This document shows positions 15,859-24,502 of a stretch of 35,614 nt of DNA, piece by piece. Within the stretch, counting starts at the first letter, position 1. The number at the start of each line of letters is the position of its first letter. A model generated the notes under the pieces. It did no database searches and was not told where the DNA came from. It saw only the letters and a list, made by a program, of their open reading frames with translations. This DNA comes from a virus, in the UHGV virus genome UHGV-0227898; one strand, 5' to 3'. The translations under genes were made by a program, and so were the position numbers.

Positions 15859-15899
15859 CCGCGCCTGACCAGCGCTAATTAAACAACGAGGAAAGACCA

Positions 15900-16577
15900 A
15901 TGACCGATTTACTGTATGCGAAAACTATCAGCGAAGACGATGGTTGTGACTGGATCCCTGTGATTATCTGGCGCATGAATGCTGGCGCACGTGCGCGCAG
16001 CTGTTCCTGTTTCGTTCCTACGCCTCGCCCGATCCAGGTAAACCCTGTTTATCGTGTAGCCAAACCCAAAAAAGTTCCAGTGCAGGCCGTTAACACCTCC
16101 GGGCGCTGGCTCAAGACCCACACAGCAACGGTGATTACTGCCAAAGGCGAAAAAACGGTAAAAATTCGCGAAACAGCTACTGTCTGGAGTGCCGGCAGCA
16201 AAGGAAATTACGACAAGCTTACCGGGCAGCGCGTCGGCGCACCGGGCCGTTGCCGCCTCCTGCTGGAGTCGATCACCCCGATTGTACGTAAAGCAAAAGC
16301 GGCACCAGAAAAAGCCTCCGGAGAGCTATCAGCACAAAAGCTGGTGGCGCTGATGAAAGGCAAAACCCTGTCATACCAGGGCATTCTCGCCGCGATCAAA
16401 AAATATCACCCGGACATCAAAATTACTCTTGAGCAACTGCAGAAGCGTATCTGGTTCATGCTGCAGTCAAAGTACGTTGGCATCGAACGTCACGACGATA
16501 TGCCAATTACTCATTTCACGCTGAAAAGCGTAGATCCCCGCTATTACGCTCATTCTGAGAAAAACGTGAGGGCATAA
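15900..16577 (+). CDS. Hypothetical 225-aa protein (nin-like region)
   Basis: Conserved cassette CGAGGAAAGACCA-ATG; no recognisable motifs. Confidence 0.5.
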   Translation: MTDLLYAKTISEDDGCDWIPVIIWRMNAGARARSCSCFVPTPRPIQVNPVYRVAKPKKVPVQAVNTSGRWLKTHTATVITAKGEKTVKIRETATVWSAGSKGNYDKLTGQRVGAPGRCRLLLESITPIVRKAKAAPEKASGELSAQKLVALMKGKTLSYQGILAAIKKYHPDIKITLEQLQKRIWFMLQSKYVGIERHDDMPITHFTLKSVDPRYYAHSEKNVRA

Positions 16578-16580
16578 GGC

Positions 16581-16829
16581 ATGGCCGGGCAATCGGATTA
16601 CCTACCGCCCGGCTTACCCCTCAATCGTGCCAAATGGCCGCAGGAATTTCAGCTCAAAGAGCATTACGACATGCGCGCTGCCGCGCTCGTTCGCCAGCTC
16701 TATGAGAAGAAAACCACGCGTTACGCGGTCGTTCAGCAAATTGAGGCAACGCCGGAGAGTCAACGAGAGTTTTTTAGAGAGCGCTTGAATTACTGGCGCG
16801 CGCAGAGAGAAGGTTCAAACGATGAATAA
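16581..16829 (+). CDS. Hypothetical 82-aa protein
   Basis: Tightly coupled to neighbours (4-bp gap, 8-bp overlap). Confidence 0.45.
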   Translation: MAGQSDYLPPGLPLNRAKWPQEFQLKEHYDMRAAALVRQLYEKKTTRYAVVQQIEATPESQREFFRERLNYWRAQREGSNDE

Positions 16830-17169
16830 CAAAGAATTAATCAACGCCGGACACACACTGGCAAAAGCTATCAGCAATGATACGCCGCTGATCGAGATCG
16901 CGAAGATGGTTTCTAATCTCGCCACCCAGCTGGATGTTCAAATTGCACGATCTAACCAATTATCAATAGCGCTGGAAGCCGCAGAGAAGCTGATTGCTGA
17001 GCACCCTGGGCAGAAACGCTTAATTGGCTGGAGGATGGCCGACTACACCGATGAAACCGCAGACCCGAAACTCGCTAAGAATTGGGCTACAGCTGTAGAC
17101 GTGCTGCCTATTTTTGAAGGCGACGTGAATACCAAGCTTACCGCCGCTGGCACCACTAAGGGAGAGTAA
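16822..17169 (+). CDS. Hypothetical 115-aa protein
   Basis: Operon packing. Confidence 0.45.
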   Translation: MNNKELINAGHTLAKAISNDTPLIEIAKMVSNLATQLDVQIARSNQLSIALEAAEKLIAEHPGQKRLIGWRMADYTDETADPKLAKNWATAVDVLPIFEGDVNTKLTAAGTTKGE

Positions 17170-17171
17170 GC

Positions 17172-17405
17172 ATGTGTAATCAAACAACAAAACGCACTGT
17201 TTCCGAGCTGAAACCAAACGATGTAATTAGCGTTTTTGGTGACTGGTTCAGGGTTCGTTATCTCAACTACTGGGGCGGTAATACAACCGTTCAACTTCAG
17301 CGAGAAGTTGATCAGCTATCCCCGTTTACTGATTCAACATGCATGAGCTTTACAGTGCATTCTGAACTCATTGTTTGGATTGAAGTTATGAGGGCTAACC
17401 CATGA
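17172..17405 (+). CDS. Hypothetical 77-aa protein
   Basis: Operon packing. Confidence 0.4.
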   Translation: MCNQTTKRTVSELKPNDVISVFGDWFRVRYLNYWGGNTTVQLQREVDQLSPFTDSTCMSFTVHSELIVWIEVMRANP

Positions 17406-17432
17406 GCATCATTACCAGAGGGCAGATTAATC

Positions 17433-17771
17433 ATGGCTAAATCCGCAGCTGAGCGCAAAAAAGCGCAGCGCGCCCGCCAGGCCAAAGACGGTAACCGCAA
17501 ACTTGAGCTGCAACTCGATGCCCAGGAGATTGAAATGCTCGAGCGCAACTGCGCCGCCCGGCGTCCTGGACGTGCTCCGTACGATATGGCTGAGTACATC
17601 GCGCTACTGATCCGCCAGGATGATACACGAATGCGCAACCGCATTAAGCGTATAAGCACAAGCAAATGTTCTAAGTGTGGTGACGCGCTCCCGGTCAAAA
17701 GCTGCATCATGTTAGGTGATTCACAGTGCTGGGTAACAGGTGGCTGGAAAAAGTTCATACTGACAATATGA
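17433..17771 (+). CDS. Hypothetical 112-aa basic protein with C-terminal CxxC pair (possible zinc ribbon)
   Basis: KCSKCGD...C...C near the C-terminus; followed by a terminator. Confidence 0.45.
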   Translation: MAKSAAERKKAQRARQAKDGNRKLELQLDAQEIEMLERNCAARRPGRAPYDMAEYIALLIRQDDTRMRNRIKRISTSKCSKCGDALPVKSCIMLGDSQCWVTGGWKKFILTI

Positions 17772-17793
17772 GTCAGCAAAGCAATGCATACTA

Positions 17794-17819
17794 CCGCCGG
17801 GAACGGCGATTTTTGTTTT
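17794..17819 (+). terminator. Rho-independent terminator (cgccg-ggaa-cggcg + ATTTTTGTTTT)
   Basis: 5-bp GC stem, tetraloop, T-rich tail. Confidence 0.55.
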
Positions 17820-17880
17820 AAAACAGAGCTATACGCAATGTTGTTTTTCATCTCTTTAACATTTTGTGCTCTTAAAGATT

Positions 17881-17909
17881 TGCACTTCCTGCCACTTGGG
17901 AGTATATAT
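17881..17909 (+). promoter_or_regulatory. Sigma70-like promoter TTGCAC-N17-TATATA inside an AT-rich insert
   Basis: Hexamers and 17-bp spacing read directly. Confidence 0.45.
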
Positions 17910-17945
17910 ACTGTAATTTTATACAGTTGTTTGAGAGGGGGAGGC

Positions 17946-18137
17946 GTGATTGAAAAAACGGAGGTTGGGGATCATCTTCCCGATAACGGACGCGTACTCG
18001 TGACCCTCAGAAATGGCAAGGTATCAGCCATCAGACTGGCTCATGAGGATGAGCATCTTGCATCACTTAAGTCATTGTTTGAATTGGCTAAACTGTCCGG
18101 TTTTAGCATTGTTGAAAAGGACAAAAGTAAGGTATAA
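17946..18137 (+). CDS. Small (63 aa) moron-like ORF with its own promoter; GTG start
   Basis: GAGGGGGAGGC-GTG RBS. AT-rich context distinct from flanks. Confidence 0.35.
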   Translation: MIEKTEVGDHLPDNGRVLVTLRNGKVSAIRLAHEDEHLASLKSLFELAKLSGFSIVEKDKSKV

Positions 18138-18205
18138 TTAATCTATCGGACTGAACACCCGATAACCTGTATTTCTGAGCAATTGCTGCGCTAAAGGGGA
18201 AACCA

Positions 18206-18802
18206 ATGGCGCAGTATTCTTTTGTAAAATCAGCAGGCGGAGTATTAATCCCGGCAACGCCGGAAGCGCGCGAATTTATCGAAAAAAAATGTCGCATGGG
18301 CGCTGTGCTTTACGCCGATTTTAAACAAGCCCGCAATCCGGCATTTCATCGCAAATTCTTCGCTTTGCTTAATCTGGGGTTTGATTACTGGCAGCCGACA
18401 GGCGGTACCATTTCCCCGGCCGATAAAAAACTGGTTCGTGGGTATGTGCAGCTGGTGGCCCACTATGCCGGGCATGAAGAAACCCTCCAGGAACTGGCTG
18501 AACAGTATCTCCGTGACGAAGCGGAAAAACGCGCCGTAAATATCAGTGCAGTAAAATCGTTTGAGGCGTTCCGTGCCTGGGTAACGATTCAGGCAGGCTT
18601 TTACACCGAATACGAAATGCCTGACGGCACCACCCGCAAAGAGCCAAAATCCATATCGTTCGCAAAAATGGACGATATCGAATTTTCCCAGCTCTACAAA
18701 TCCGTTCTCGATGTGCTCTGGAATTTCATTCTGTATCGTACATTCCCGACACAGCAGGTCGCAGAAAACGCAGCCTCGCAATTATTCAGCTACGCCGCGT
18801 AA
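18206..18802 (+). CDS. Nin-region protein, possibly DUF1367-like
   Basis: 198 aa; position and size; family call from memory, weak. Confidence 0.3.
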   Translation: MAQYSFVKSAGGVLIPATPEAREFIEKKCRMGAVLYADFKQARNPAFHRKFFALLNLGFDYWQPTGGTISPADKKLVRGYVQLVAHYAGHEETLQELAEQYLRDEAEKRAVNISAVKSFEAFRAWVTIQAGFYTEYEMPDGTTRKEPKSISFAKMDDIEFSQLYKSVLDVLWNFILYRTFPTQQVAENAASQLFSYAA

Positions 18803-18813
18803 GAGATATCGCC

Positions 18814-19116
18814 ATGACAAACGACGATAAACTCTGGCTGGCCGATGTTGCCTCTCTGGGTTGCGTTGTATGCCGCAATCTTGGCTACGGCGCATCACCC
18901 GCAGAAATTCATCACATACGCACAGGGCAGGGAATAGCCCAGCGTGCAGATCATAAAAAAACATTACCTCTCTGCGCACCTCACCACAGAATCGGCGGGC
19001 ATGGCGTTGCTATCCATGCAGGCCAGAAAACATGGGAAAAAAACTACGGTACCGAAACTGAGTTACTGGATCAGGTGACTATTGAAGTGGGGGAATTACG
19101 ATTATGCAGAATTTAA
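18814..19116 (+). CDS. YbcO-like (DUF1364) putative zinc-binding nuclease of the nin region
   Basis: CVVCRN...HHIR...C.PHH motif pattern resembling E. coli DLP12 YbcO (C.VR.PGVC...HIR...C..CH). Confidence 0.5.
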   Translation: MTNDDKLWLADVASLGCVVCRNLGYGASPAEIHHIRTGQGIAQRADHKKTLPLCAPHHRIGGHGVAIHAGQKTWEKNYGTETELLDQVTIEVGELRLCRI

Positions 19117-19241
19117 TTCCACTCTTAGGGATAGCAGGAAAAACTAAAAAGTGTCATGGCGCCCGGCATCTGGAAAGAACAATATTCTGTTTCCCTTCTT
19201 TTCTCACCACAGCGGCGGGCGATTTTTCCCTTCTCTATGCT

Positions 19242-19255
19242 CGCGCGCGCGCGCG
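19242..19255. repeat. (CG)7 alternating tract followed by TTTT and G6, 17 bp upstream of the HTH gene start
   Basis: Read directly: tcgcgcgcgcgcgcgttttggggggtgaacaATG. Confidence 0.9.
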
Positions 19256-19271
19256 TTTTGGGGGGTGAACA

Positions 19272-19562
19272 ATGCCGCTGGTTGCCACCTTCAAAACCGA
19301 CTGGTTCCGGGTCATTACCGACCTGACCAGGAAAAACCTCACGACACAGGAAATTGCCAACGAACTGGGCGTTTCGAAATCTGCCGTTCTGGGCTGGAAG
19401 TCAGGATCTGAACCTCGCCACGGTCATGGTGAGGCGCTTATTGCATTGTGGTGCATGGCAACCAGCTCTGACAGAAAAAAATTACCCACGGTTTTACATC
19501 GCCGGTGGTTCACCTTCCGTAAATCGCGTTTTGGTCGGGAAACTGACCAGACATGCAAATAA
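19272..19562 (+). CDS. Small HTH DNA-binding protein at the early/late boundary (candidate late-gene regulator)
   Basis: HTH LTTQEIANELGVSKSAVLGW. RBS GGGGGGTGAACA-ATG. Confidence 0.5.
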   Translation: MPLVATFKTDWFRVITDLTRKNLTTQEIANELGVSKSAVLGWKSGSEPRHGHGEALIALWCMATSSDRKKLPTVLHRRWFTFRKSRFGRETDQTCK

Positions 19563-19598
19563 CAATGACCGCTCACCATTCATCCGGAGATATCCAAA

Positions 19599-20078
19599 AT
19601 GGGTCGACCAAGAAAAAACATTGAGGTACCGGGGCAAGAAACTGCTGGTACCGATACAGCCAGTATCGTGGCGGAAGAGCAATTGCTTAATTCTACCCCC
19701 GTTAACCAGACCGTTGCTGATGCTCCAATGACAGCGACTGAGAGCCTGAACGCTGACGGCCAGCGCGCAGAGCCGGAGGTTATCCAGCAGCGCGTTGCCA
19801 GTTTGCTGGACGATGACGCACTCGCAGAGCGTAATACTGTGCTGGGTACCATCAACGAGCAGGGCGCGGCCATCATCGCCCGCTTTGAAGAGTATGGTTT
19901 CACTGACTCAAGTGACAATCCCCTGACAAATTGCATTGAATTCCTCCAGCTCGTCAAAAAAGCCACCACGTCGGAGCCTGCCGCGCCGATGGGCTATGTG
20001 ACGAACGACGAGGGCAAACGCCAACCGGTTACGGGTAAGCCCGTTCTGACTGAGCACGGCTGGCACGTTCCGGGTTAA
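19599..20078 (+). CDS. Hypothetical 159-aa protein with N-terminal GRPRK (AT-hook-like) motif, first gene of the T7-like block
   Basis: GGAG RBS. Acidic; no other motif. Confidence 0.5.
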   Translation: MGRPRKNIEVPGQETAGTDTASIVAEEQLLNSTPVNQTVADAPMTATESLNADGQRAEPEVIQQRVASLLDDDALAERNTVLGTINEQGAAIIARFEEYGFTDSSDNPLTNCIEFLQLVKKATTSEPAAPMGYVTNDEGKRQPVTGKPVLTEHGWHVPG

Positions 20079-20091
20079 GAGGGGGATCGTT

Positions 20092-20322
20092 ATGTGTGGA
20101 GGTGGAGCGCCAAAGGTCGTACAGACCGACCCGCAGGCCGAAGCGGATGCAGCTGCTGATGCAGCAGCAAAAGCGGCAAACGCAGATGCAGCAGCGCGCA
20201 AGAAGCGCAAGAAAGGCTCGTCCCTTCTCGCCAGTGGTGCAGAGGGCGCAGCTGATTCTGGCAGCTCTCTGCTGTCCTCTGGTGCGCAGGCAGCGCAGCA
20301 GAAAAACACTCTGGGGGCGTAA
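20092..20322 (+). CDS. T7 gp6.7-like small virion protein
   Basis: Starts MCGGGAPK... (T7 gp6.7 starts MCFSPK...). Ala/Ser/Gly-rich, Lys-rich patch. Immediately precedes the portal gene as in T7. Confidence 0.45.
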   Translation: MCGGGAPKVVQTDPQAEADAAADAAAKAANADAAARKKRKKGSSLLASGAEGAADSGSSLLSSGAQAAQQKNTLGA

Positions 20323-20325
20323 CTG

Positions 20326-21951
20326 ATGGATGAACTCGCCGTTAAGCTGATTAAGCGTTCCGATACGCTGAAAGCCAACCGCCAGCAGCATGAAAGCGTC
20401 TGGCGCGAGTGCTATGACTACACCTATCCGCTGCGCGGCGCGGGATTCTCTGACGAAGTGCTCGACGCTCAGAGTGCAAAACAAAAGGTGGCGAAGCTAC
20501 TGGACGGCACCGCCACCGACAGCGCCCGCATGCTGGCCTCTGCGCTCATGTCCGGCATGACCCCGGCTAACGCGCAGTGGCTGAACCTCGACAGCGAATC
20601 GCTGCCGGACGACGCCAAAGCCTGGCTGTCTGAGTGCGCCACGCTGGTCTGGGAAAATATCCATGCGGCCAACTTCGATGCGGAGGGCTACGAGGCAAAT
20701 CTCGACGTTGTCTGTGCTGGCTGGTTCGTCCTGTACATCGACGAGGACCGGGAAGAGGGCGGCTATACCTTCCAGCAGTGGCCGCTGGCGCAGTGCTATG
20801 TCACGTCCACCCGCAAAGACGGCATCGTGGACACGATATACCGCCGCTACCAGCTGACCGCAGAGCAGGCCATCAAAGAATTCGGCGCGGACAAGGTCAG
20901 CGAGAAGATCCGCGACGCGGCGAAGAAAAAGCCCGACGATAAATTTGATTTCCTGCACTGCATTTTCCCGCGCGAAACCTACATGGTTGATGCCCGCCTG
21001 GCGAAGAACATGCGCTTTGCGTCGTACAACGTCGACGTGAGCAACAAGCAGATTGTGCGCGAGTCTGGCTATCACGAATTCCCGTGCTGCGTCCCGCGCT
21101 GGATGAAAATCCCCGGCGGCTCTTACGGTATCGGCCCTGTGTACGACGCGCTTCCTGACTGCAAAGAGCTGAACGAAACCAAACGCATGGAGAAAGCTGC
21201 GCAGGATCTGGCTATCTCCGGCATGTGGATTGCCGAAGACGACGGTGTACTCAATCCGCGTACGGTCAAGGTAGGCCCGCGTCGCATCATCGTGGCGAAC
21301 AGCACCGACAGCATGAAACCGTTGCTGACCGGTTCAGATTTCAGCGTGGCATTCACCGCCGAAGAACGCCTGCAGGCATCAATCCGCAAAATCATGATGG
21401 CCGACCAGCTGCAGCCGCAGGACGGGCCAGCCATGACCGCCACCGAAGTGCATGTGCGCGTCGCGCTTATTCGCCAGCTGCTCGGCCCAGTGTATGGCCG
21501 GTTCCAGGCTGAATATCTCCAGTTGCTGGTAGTGCGCTGCTTCGGTATCGCTTTCCGAGCTGGCGTTTTCTCCCCGCCGCCTGAAAGCCTACAGAACGCC
21601 AATTTCAACGTGCGCTACATCTCGCCTTTGGCACGCGCCCAGAAGCTGGAAGACGTGACGGCAATCGAGCGCTATGGGCAGAACATCATGCAGCTGGCGC
21701 AGGCATATCCCGACATTCTGGACAACATGGACAGCGACGAAGCCAGCCGCGTTGTCGGCGAAGCGCTGGGCGTTCCGGCGAAGGTAATGCGCTCTTCTGA
21801 TGATGTGGCAGATATCCGCGACCAGCGCCAGAAAGCACAGCAGCAGGCCGCACAGCAGCAACTCATGATGCAGGCTGGCACCGAGGCGGCTGGAGCCGCA
21901 GGGCAAACAGCAGGCGCGGCAATAGGGCAACGACTGGCAGGTAACCAATGA
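20326..21951 (+). CDS. Portal / head-tail connector protein, T7 gp8-like
   Basis: 541 aa. Segment PRWMKIPGGSYGIGPVYDALPDCKELNETKRMEKAAQDLA parallels T7 gp8 IPIRMVRLDGESYGRSYIEEYLGDLRSLENLQEAIVKMS. Gln/Ala-rich C-terminus as in gp8. Confidence 0.8.
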   Translation: MDELAVKLIKRSDTLKANRQQHESVWRECYDYTYPLRGAGFSDEVLDAQSAKQKVAKLLDGTATDSARMLASALMSGMTPANAQWLNLDSESLPDDAKAWLSECATLVWENIHAANFDAEGYEANLDVVCAGWFVLYIDEDREEGGYTFQQWPLAQCYVTSTRKDGIVDTIYRRYQLTAEQAIKEFGADKVSEKIRDAAKKKPDDKFDFLHCIFPRETYMVDARLAKNMRFASYNVDVSNKQIVRESGYHEFPCCVPRWMKIPGGSYGIGPVYDALPDCKELNETKRMEKAAQDLAISGMWIAEDDGVLNPRTVKVGPRRIIVANSTDSMKPLLTGSDFSVAFTAEERLQASIRKIMMADQLQPQDGPAMTATEVHVRVALIRQLLGPVYGRFQAEYLQLLVVRCFGIAFRAGVFSPPPESLQNANFNVRYISPLARAQKLEDVTAIERYGQNIMQLAQAYPDILDNMDSDEASRVVGEALGVPAKVMRSSDDVADIRDQRQKAQQQAAQQQLMMQAGTEAAGAAGQTAGAAIGQRLAGNQ

Positions 21952-22181
21952 GAACCAAAGAGGCTACACCCGCCGATTACAAGCGGATTTTTGAAGAAAT
22001 GCCAGGCGGTGCGCCTGTGCTGGAAGAACTCACCCGGCGCTTCGGTCGCGAAGCGTACGTGAAAGGCGGTACCGAAGGTGACCGCGAAACCTGTTACCGG
22101 GCAGGACAGCGTTCCGTGCTCGATTTCATTCTCAGTCAGATCAACAGAGCCGATGGAGTAGAAGACGATGTGGAAGCTTAA
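21948..22181 (+). CDS. Hypothetical 77-aa protein, translationally coupled (ATGA) to the portal gene
   Basis: Overlapping start/stop; overlaps the scaffold start by 14 bp. Confidence 0.4.
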   Translation: MRTKEATPADYKRIFEEMPGGAPVLEELTRRFGREAYVKGGTEGDRETCYRAGQRSVLDFILSQINRADGVEDDVEA

Positions 22182-23013
22182 ACACTTATTCATGAACGCT
22201 GAGCAGGGCGCAGAACAACCGGGCGGCGGTAACGGAGGTGGTGAAGGTGGTGAAGATGGTGGCAATAATCCGGGTACTGGCGAACCTTCTGGTAATTCTT
22301 TGCTCAGCACCGGCGCGGGCGAACCGGGCGCGTCTGACTGGCTACCGGAAAAATATCGCGTTATGGGCGAGGACGGAAAACTCAATATTGAGGGCTCTGC
22401 CCGCAAACTGGCGGATGCTCACACTTCGCTTGAGAAACGTCTTGGCAGCGTCGGCACGCCGCCGAAAACTGCAGATGAGTATGCGCCTAAGGTAGAGGTC
22501 GAGGGGTTCAACTGGGAAGAATTCAAAGCCGATCCGCGCATGCAGAGCTTTATGAAAACTGCGCACGCCAAAGGCATCACCAACGACCAGATGAGTTTCA
22601 TCCTGGGTGAATACGCGCAGCGTGCTCCTGAGCTGGTGGGCGGTGCCGCTGAGCTGGATTCACAGTCTGCCACCACGCAGCTGCGCGAGGTATGGAAAAC
22701 CGACGCGGAATTTAACAAAAACATCGGCCTGGCTTTCCGCGCTTTCAACTCCCTGGCTGACGACGCCGACAAAGGCCGCATTGACGAGATCGGCAATAAC
22801 CCGATGGTTATTCGCATGCTGGCTAAAGTCGGCGCTGAAATGCAGGAAGATGCGCCAGCGGGCGGCGATGTCAATCTCGAAGAGCAGCAGACCATTCGCG
22901 ACCTCATGAAATCCCCGGCATACATGGATCCGAAACACGCCGACCACGAACGCGTATCCGCGCGAGTCAAAGCGTATTACCAGAAGCGTTACGGCGATCA
23001 AACCGTAGCGTGA
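22168..23013 (+). CDS. Scaffolding protein (T7 gp9-like): acidic, Gly-rich N-terminus, helical body
   Basis: Position between portal and capsid; composition typical of podovirus scaffolds. Confidence 0.6.
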   Translation: MWKLKHLFMNAEQGAEQPGGGNGGGEGGEDGGNNPGTGEPSGNSLLSTGAGEPGASDWLPEKYRVMGEDGKLNIEGSARKLADAHTSLEKRLGSVGTPPKTADEYAPKVEVEGFNWEEFKADPRMQSFMKTAHAKGITNDQMSFILGEYAQRAPELVGGAAELDSQSATTQLREVWKTDAEFNKNIGLAFRAFNSLADDADKGRIDEIGNNPMVIRMLAKVGAEMQEDAPAGGDVNLEEQQTIRDLMKSPAYMDPKHADHERVSARVKAYYQKRYGDQTVA

Positions 23014-23046
23014 CATGTCACGACAACTTAAAGAGAGGAAAAACCA

Positions 23047-23316
23047 GTGAGCGAAGCAAAACCACAAGATGGCAGTACCGTAAAAGGCTATCGCAAGTTA
23101 AGCGATGCAGAAATTGCAGCAATGAATCGCCTGAAAGAACTGAGCCGCGAATTTATTCGAGAGCTGCGAAACATCCAAATTGATTTACTACCGCAGGATC
23201 CTGCTCTTTCGGATCGTACCGCTGCTTATCGTAGCGCTTCTTTGGCGACTACAAAGATGCAGGAAGCATGCATGTGGGGTTGTCTTTCTGTCGCAAGACC
23301 TGATGCTGATTGCTAA
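23047..23316 (+). CDS. Hypothetical 89-aa protein (GTG start) between scaffold and capsid genes
   Basis: AGAGGAAAAACCA-GTG RBS; followed by a terminator. Confidence 0.45.
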   Translation: MSEAKPQDGSTVKGYRKLSDAEIAAMNRLKELSREFIRELRNIQIDLLPQDPALSDRTAAYRSASLATTKMQEACMWGCLSVARPDADC

Positions 23317-23337
23317 CTCCTAAACACCATCACCAAA

Positions 23338-23362
23338 AGCCAGCCTGACCAGCTGGCTTTTT
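23338..23362 (+). terminator. Rho-independent terminator agccagc-ctgacca-gctggct-TTTTT
   Basis: 7-bp stem, T5 tail; immediately followed by palindrome copy 2. Confidence 0.7.
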
Positions 23363-23367
23363 CATTT

Positions 23368-23383
23368 GGTCGGGATTCCGACC
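23368..23383. repeat. Copy 2 of GGTCGGGATTCCGACC, between a terminator and the major capsid gene
   Basis: Exact 16-mer. Confidence 0.9.
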
Positions 23384-23534
23384 GCACACCTCGCTAACAA
23401 TCTCCTCACAACCAGCCCGGCGGGGACGCCGGATACCTGATTTTTCCAGCAGTGCGTAAGCGCCACCCGCATTGTGCAGATTTGGGCCGGGAAACCGATA
23501 CCCCAGCAGGCGATATTTTCTGGAGTGATTGTTA

Positions 23535-24445
23535 TGCAATTTGATGCCAATAAGAACATGATCACCGCTGCGTTTATCACGCAGTTTCATGATTCTTTCG
23601 AAATCGCCGCGCAGCAGAAGGATTCCCGCCTGCAGGCAGCGGTAAACGACCGTGGGATGATCACCGGCGAAGCGTTCACCATCAACGATATGGGCACCAT
23701 CGAAATGACGCAGATTACCACGCGTTTCGGTGACACCGTATGGGACCTGCCAGAAGCCGGCACCCGTAACGCGTTGATGGCGGACTACGGTGTATTCGTT
23801 CCTGTTGAAAAACGTGACCTGCGTAAACTGCTTGCAGACCCGCAGGGGCCATATCTGCAGCTCACCCTGGCGGCCGCCAACCGCAAAAAAGACGACGTTG
23901 TATATCGTGCGCTGCTCGATACCGTGCTGCGTAAAACGTCCAGCGGCGGGGCATATGCGCCAGTGGCGTTGCCTGCGTCGCAAAAAATCGTTGCAGGTGG
24001 CACAGGCATGACCAAAGCCAAGCTGATCGCCGCGAAAGCGATGTTCCGCCGTAACGAGTGCGACGAGCAGAACGGTGAAGAGCTGTTCATCACCTACAAC
24101 GCCGACATGCTGACGCAGATCCTCAGCGATACCACGCTGACTTCTGCCGACTTCATGGCGGTGAAAATGCTGCAGGAAGGTGCTGTGTCTGGCAACTGGC
24201 TCGGCTTTAAGTGGCTGGCATACGAAAAACTGGATTCTGCTACCGCAGGCGATCCGGCCGTGACCACCAAAACCGCAGCTGCGTGGTGTAAATCCGCTGT
24301 GCATTTCGGTACCGGCGCAGAATACAACGTCGATATCGGTCCACGTCGCGATAAAAACAACACCATTCAGATCTCTGTTGATGCGTCTTATGGTGCTGGC
24401 CGTGCCAACGAGAAAAAAGTCGTCGCCATCGATTTTGTTGTTTAA
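23535..24445 (+). CDS. Major capsid protein (T7 gp10 position)
   Basis: 303 aa from ATG 23535 (GGAG 8 nt upstream). Gene order portal-scaffold-capsid. No strong motif recalled. Confidence 0.6.
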
Positions 24446-24502
24446 GCCGCTGGTGTGTTTGCCGGGGTCTACCACCGGCCTTTTTTCATCTGAGGTTCTG
24501 CC

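Noticed and set aside
19151-19411. 86-aa ORF spanning the (CG)7 tract and overlapping the HTH gene
   Set aside because: No RBS. It is out of frame with the better-supported 19272 gene that has a G-rich SD, and its product is low-complexity.
20497-22406. Long minus-strand ORFs (20497-21075, 21123-21608, 21672-22406) overlapping the portal and scaffold genes, and similar antisense ORFs at 23330-24475, 26058-26675, 26685-27479, 31744-32211, 34646-35326
   Set aside because: They lie entirely antisense to well-supported, syntenic structural genes in GC-rich DNA. They have Arg/Ala/Gly-rich low-complexity translations, no RBS and no operon context. These are typical shadow ORFs.
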